A stretch of DNA of 64,000 nt from Caldilineales bacterium. Lineage in GTDB: Bacteria; Chloroflexota; Anaerolineae; J102. Below are positions 60,176 to 64,000 of the stretch, one piece after another. The stretch covers positions 45,554 to 109,553 of the forward strand of contig JAGFJG010000001.1 of assembly GCA_024102915.1 (NCBI GenBank). The letters are read 5' to 3'. The notes under the pieces are model-generated. The model was not told the DNA's origin. It did not search any database and saw nothing but the letters and a program-made list of their open reading frames with translations. Positions within the stretch are counted from its first letter, which is position 1; each line of letters opens with the position of its first letter. The translations under genes were made by a program, and so were the position numbers.

Positions 60176-62107
60176 CTAGTTCCCTCCGTCCAGACTCAGC
60201 AGGGCTTCGTCAGGGTCTGGGGCGGCATCTTCCACGAGCTGGCTGGAATAGATTTCCGCGTATTCGGGGCTGTTTTCCATCAATTCCTCGTGCTTGCCGC
60301 GAGCGACGATCCGGCCTTTGCCGAGGACGATGATCTGGTCGGCGTTGACAACAGTGCTGATGCGTTGGGCGATGACGAAACTGGTGCGCCCGTGCATCAA
60401 ACCGTCGAGCGCTTTCTGAATCTTGTATTCGGTCGCCAGATCGACGCTGCTTGTGGAGTCGTCGAGGATGAGAATGTGGGGGTTGAGCAACAACGCTCGG
60501 GCGATGGCGATGCGTTGTTTTTGCCCGCCGCTGAGCGTGGCGCCGCGCTCGCCCACCGGCGTTTCATAACCATTGGGGAAGCTCAGGATGAAATCATGGG
60601 CGGCGGCGGCTTTGGCGGCGGCGATCACTTCTTCGTCGCTGGCGTCCGGTTTGCCAAAGGCGATGTTGTCGCGAATCGTGCCTGAGAAAAGCGTCGTTTC
60701 CTGCAGGACAATGCCGATCTTGCTGCGCAGTGAATCGAGCTTGACGTCGTTCACTGAATAACCGTCGATCAGCACCCGCCCTTCGCTCGGATCATAGAAG
60801 CGCGGGATCAGGTTGATGATCGTGGTCTTGCCGCTGCCGGTCGCGCCCAACAGGGCCACAGTCTCGCCCGGCTGGGCATCGATATCGACACCGGATAACA
60901 CCGGTTCGCCGCCGGAGAAATAGCGGAAGGTGACGTTCTCGAATTGCACATGGCCCTTGATGGCGGGCAGTTCGACGGCGTCCGGCTTATCGACGACATC
61001 ACTGCGCGTGTCCAGGATATCGAAGATGCGGTTGGCGCTGGCGCTGGCCTGGCTCATCTGGCTGATGATGAAGCCCAACTGGCCGATGGGGAAGAACACG
61101 TACACCAGATAGAGGCTGAACTTCTGCCACTGACCAAAGGTGAGCGTGCCGTTGATCATCTGCACGCCGCCGAAGTAGATAATCGCCACCTGGCCCAGGT
61201 TGGCGATCAGGAAGATCACCGGAAACAGAAATGAGAAGACGCGGCTGACGTGGATGGCCTGATCCATAAGAGAGGTGGCGGCGTTGTCGAACTTCTTTCG
61301 TTCTTGCGGCTCGCGCGCAAACGCCTTCACCACCTTGATCCCGGCCAGGTTTTCCTGCAGGATCGTGTTCAACTTCGACAACCGTTTCTGCACTTCCGTA
61401 AACAGCGGCTGGCTGATAGCGCCAAAGAACATGAACAGAATCAGGGCGATGGGCAGCACCGGCAGGATCACCAGCGTCAGGTTGACATTGGTGAGAAAGA
61501 GGATGACCAGCGTAGCGCTGAGCAGCAGCAGCGATTGCACGGCCAGTAACAGCCCCTGGCCCACAAACATCCTGACCTTTTCCACATCGTCGGTGGCGCG
61601 CACCATGAGCTGGCCGGTCTGATTGCGATCGTGATAGCTGAAGGAGAGGCGCTGCACTTTGGCGAATAGCTGATTCCGCATATCGAAGGCGGCGTTCTGG
61701 CTGACGGACTCGGACATGAATGTCTGGGCAAAGCCGAATGCGGCCTGCATCACGGCGAAAATCAGGATGAGGATGATCGAGGTGAACAGCACCCGCTCCG
61801 GCGAATTGGCGAAGTTCTGGAATTGCTGATCGGTCCATCCCACCGTTTCCAGCGCCTTGGGCAGAAATGCCGCCGGGACTTTCTGGAGTTGCTGGGCGAT
61901 CATGCCGTTGGTGACGGCGTCCAGCATGCGCTGCACCATTTGCGGCACCATCAACTGTGCGCCAACGCTGATCACGAGAAATGTGTATGCCAAAAGGGCC
62001 GTACGGCGATAGTTTTTGAGATAGCCGATTGCCCGGAGCAGCGGTTTGAAACCCGGCCCTTTTTCGCGGCCCCGCCGGCCTCGGCTCATTGATTGAGTTG
62101 CTTGCAA
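60176..62107 (-). CDS. ABC exporter half-transporter (TMD-NBD) with a degenerate catalytic site
   Basis: Six TMs. Walker A GATGSGKTT, signature LSGGQKQR, Walker B ILILDDSTSSVD (Asp replaces the catalytic Glu), H-loop VIAQRIST (Gln replaces His). Confidence 0.9.
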   Translation of the reverse strand: MQATQSMSRGRRGREKGPGFKPLLRAIGYLKNYRRTALLAYTFLVISVGAQLMVPQMVQRMLDAVTNGMIAQQLQKVPAAFLPKALETVGWTDQQFQNFANSPERVLFTSIILILIFAVMQAAFGFAQTFMSESVSQNAAFDMRNQLFAKVQRLSFSYHDRNQTGQLMVRATDDVEKVRMFVGQGLLLAVQSLLLLSATLVILFLTNVNLTLVILPVLPIALILFMFFGAISQPLFTEVQKRLSKLNTILQENLAGIKVVKAFAREPQERKKFDNAATSLMDQAIHVSRVFSFLFPVIFLIANLGQVAIIYFGGVQMINGTLTFGQWQKFSLYLVYVFFPIGQLGFIISQMSQASASANRIFDILDTRSDVVDKPDAVELPAIKGHVQFENVTFRYFSGGEPVLSGVDIDAQPGETVALLGATGSGKTTIINLIPRFYDPSEGRVLIDGYSVNDVKLDSLRSKIGIVLQETTLFSGTIRDNIAFGKPDASDEEVIAAAKAAAAHDFILSFPNGYETPVGERGATLSGGQKQRIAIARALLLNPHILILDDSTSSVDLATEYKIQKALDGLMHGRTSFVIAQRISTVVNADQIIVLGKGRIVARGKHEELMENSPEYAEIYSSQLVEDAAPDPDEALLSLDGGN

Positions 62108-62122
62108 GATGATGACTCCTCG

Positions 62123-62686
62123 TTAGTTTGAATGCGCAGACTCGACCGCAGCGTTTTGTTCGTGGCGACAATAGACGTCGGGCAGGTCGCCATGGTGAGC
62201 CAGGGAGAGATGCAGCTTGTCGAGAAGCGTCAGCAATTGTGAGACTTCTGCGGCTGAGAGATCGGAGATGAGAGAATTGAGAAAAGCCACGTGTCCCGGC
62301 GTGATCGTCCGCACGAATTCACGACCAGATGGCGTCAGCCGGATCTGGAACTGGCGACGGTCAACGGGATCGAGCGTGCGCTCGATCAGAGATTGTTCTT
62401 CCAACGAACGCAGCAGCGAGGAGATGGTGTTCTTGGTCACCCGCTGCATCCGGCTCAGCTCGCCCGGCGAAAGCGATGGCTGGCCCGCCATCTCGGACAT
62501 GTACAGGTGCAACAAAATTCGCCAGCGTGGGCCGGAAAGGTCGGATTCGCGCAGACGAGCGCCGACAACCGCCTCGTAGATGTTAGAGAGCATCCGCACC
62601 ATGCGCATCACTTCGACGCCGTAGGTTTCATGGATGTCGTGCTCGGCCAGGAGTTCCTGAAGATGAGATTGGTGGGTCGATTTCAT
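62123..62686 (-). CDS. MarR-family transcriptional regulator
   Basis: ATG 62686 gives MKSTHQSHLQ. The winged helix is LSPGELSRMQRVTKNTISSLLRSLEEQSLIERTLDPVDRRQFQIRLTPSGREF. The track ORF is extended to 62809. It lies 15 nt upstream of the exporter genes. Confidence 0.85.
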   Translation of the reverse strand: MKSTHQSHLQELLAEHDIHETYGVEVMRMVRMLSNIYEAVVGARLRESDLSGPRWRILLHLYMSEMAGQPSLSPGELSRMQRVTKNTISSLLRSLEEQSLIERTLDPVDRRQFQIRLTPSGREFVRTITPGHVAFLNSLISDLSAAEVSQLLTLLDKLHLSLAHHGDLPDVYCRHEQNAAVESAHSN

Positions 62687-62850
62687 AGGCTGTGTATGCT
62701 TGGAATTGCTTGCCCGTTCACCGGACGCACGATCTAAAATTGTGCGCCTTCGAACTATTCGATACTGTGAGATTGGCACCGGTTTGATGAACCAATCAGC
62801 GCGTCGCATTCCGTTACGGTTGATGATCGAAGATTGTCTTTTCTTTGATT

Positions 62851-62941
62851 ACCACAGAGGGCGCAGAGGTCATAAAGAAAACACATGAATTCAAATGTCA
62901 AAGACTCTTTAACCCCCTGCGCTTTCCGTGGTCTCTGTGGT
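62851..62941. repeat. Intergenic imperfect palindrome (ACCACAGAG ... CTCTGTGGT)
   Basis: The arms ACCACAGAG GGCGCAGAGG and CCCCTGCGC tttccgtggt CTCTGTGGT flank an AT-rich core. It lies just downstream of the histidine-kinase stop. Confidence 0.6.
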
Positions 62942-62952
62942 TCAAACTTCAG

Positions 62953-64000
62953 TCACTTCATCTTCCCATCGTTGAACGGCAACTCGATCACAAAGGTCGT
63001 GCCTCTGCCCAATTCGCTCTCCACCGTGATCCGTCCGCCATGCGCCTGTACCAACTCGCGCGTGATCGCCAAGCCCAGCCCCGTGCCTGTCCCGCGCGTG
63101 CGTGCAGACTCGCCCCGCCAAAAGCGGTCGAAGACAAATGGCAACTGTTCGGGCGCGATGCCTGAGCCGGTGTCGCTCACCCGGATAAGTGCACCGGTAT
63201 CGGTAGGGGCAACGGCCAACACGATCTCGCCGCCGGCGGGCGTGTGGCGCAAGGCATTGCCCACCAGATTGGCCATAATCTGGTCGAGACGACCCCGATC
63301 GGCCACGAACGGCAGCCGCTCGACTTCATCCGAATGCGCATCGAGATCACCCTGCGCCAGATCCAATCGCAGGGTGATGCCCGCAGCTTCCGCCTGACCG
63401 CCGAAACTGGTGGCCGTATCGCGCAGCGCCTCGTATAGATCGATCTCCTCCCAGTGCATCGGCAATTCACCGGCCTCGGCTCGCGACAGCGTTTGCAGAT
63501 CATCGACCAGCCGGGACAGGGCTCTCGTTTCCTCCAGCGTGGCCTCGATGTGGGCGGGCGTTGGTTCATACACGCCGTCGAGGATGCCTTCGAGATTGCC
63601 CTGCACGATTTGCAAAGGCGTACGCAATTCGTGGGCCACGTCGGCGGTGAGGTTGCGGCGGCGCTGATCGGCGAGTTCCAATTCCTCGGTCATGTGATTG
63701 AAGGAGCGGATCATGCGGCGAAAGTCGCCCGGCCCGCTCTCTGGCGCTCGCACGCTGAGGTCTCCCTCGGCCACGGCGTCGGCGGCGTCCATCAGATCGC
63801 TGAGAGGGCGGGCAAAGCCACGGAAAGCCCATCGAGCCAGGAAAGCCGCCAACATGGGTAAGGCCAGAGCCAGCCCGCAGCCCCAGAACCAGACCAGCAC
63901 CGCGGTCGAGCCATCTCCCCCAGCCATTTGCGCCAGCACGAACGCTGCCGCCGCCATGCCGCCAAGGATGAGTCCGGCCAGCATGCCGAAGATGCCGACA
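62953..64000 (-). CDS. Sensor histidine kinase (TM-HAMP-HisKA-HATPase_c); 5' end beyond the window
   Basis: H-box HELRTPLQIV, N-box LVGNALRHTP, G-boxes DTGSGI and GTGLGLAITRELV. The frame stays open and hydrophobic upstream of the Met at 63984 to the window edge. Confidence 0.9.
   Translation of the reverse strand, partial: VGIFGMLAGLILGGMAAAAFVLAQMAGGDGSTAVLVWFWGCGLALALPMLAAFLARWAFRGFARPLSDLMDAADAVAEGDLSVRAPESGPGDFRRMIRSFNHMTEELELADQRRRNLTADVAHELRTPLQIVQGNLEGILDGVYEPTPAHIEATLEETRALSRLVDDLQTLSRAEAGELPMHWEEIDLYEALRDTATSFGGQAEAAGITLRLDLAQGDLDAHSDEVERLPFVADRGRLDQIMANLVGNALRHTPAGGEIVLAVAPTDTGALIRVSDTGSGIAPEQLPFVFDRFWRGESARTRGTGTGLGLAITRELVQAHGGRITVESELGRGTTFVIELPFNDGKMK

Noticed and set aside
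1-64000. Search by eye for tRNA, rRNA, tmRNA, CRISPR repeats, transposase/integrase genes and prophage genes
   Set aside because: I saw no cloverleaf-like GTTCGA/T-loop contexts, no regularly spaced direct repeats and no recombinase motifs. This is a negative result from reading only. tRNAscan-SE, Infernal/Rfam and a CRISPR finder should confirm it.

Overview
GC-rich, densely coding bacterial chromosomal segment with about 50 protein genes and one riboswitch. I recognised no rRNA, tRNA, CRISPR array, transposase or phage gene by eye. The gene content suggests a Chloroflexota-like organism: a RibXY-type importer behind an FMN riboswitch, lipoproteins with long Pro/Thr linkers, and many domain fusions. 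That assignment is inference only.

Left to right:
- a truncated APC-like permease;
- an arsR-acr3 arsenite operon with two related palindromic operators;
- a secreted triple-repeat protein, an ECF sigma factor, and an anti-sigma factor with a periodic His/Pro/Thr tail;
- a membrane-anchored clostripain-like (C11) peptidase;
- GrpB-AlkA and alpha/beta-hydrolase-VOC fusion genes;
- a PQQ-type sugar dehydrogenase lipoprotein;
- a long minus-strand run (tandem thioesterase, acyltransferase, ftsK, 7TM-GAF-HTH protein, GNAT, DUF58, MoxR);
- an FMN riboswitch driving an ABC importer;
- an HDAC-like deacetylase and malQ;
- a small low-GC island;
- an AttH/CrtC-like protein, a phosphohexomutase, and a nucleotidyltransferase fused to a degenerate mutase domain;
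- a roughly 15-kb peptide-type ABC super-locus with three family-5 binding proteins (one apparently circularly permuted), two ATPases, four permeases, and an inserted membrane protein plus c-type cytochrome. It converges on YkfC/YkfB-like murein-peptide enzymes;
- an MrfA/YprA-like helicase carrying an HNH nuclease insert;
- a methyltransferase and two aldo-keto reductases;
- MarR plus a heterodimeric ABC exporter with one degenerate ATP site;
- a truncated histidine kinase.

Most long ORFs in the track that lie antisense to these genes are GC-driven artefacts. All calls come from reading motifs by eye. No searches or folding programs were run.
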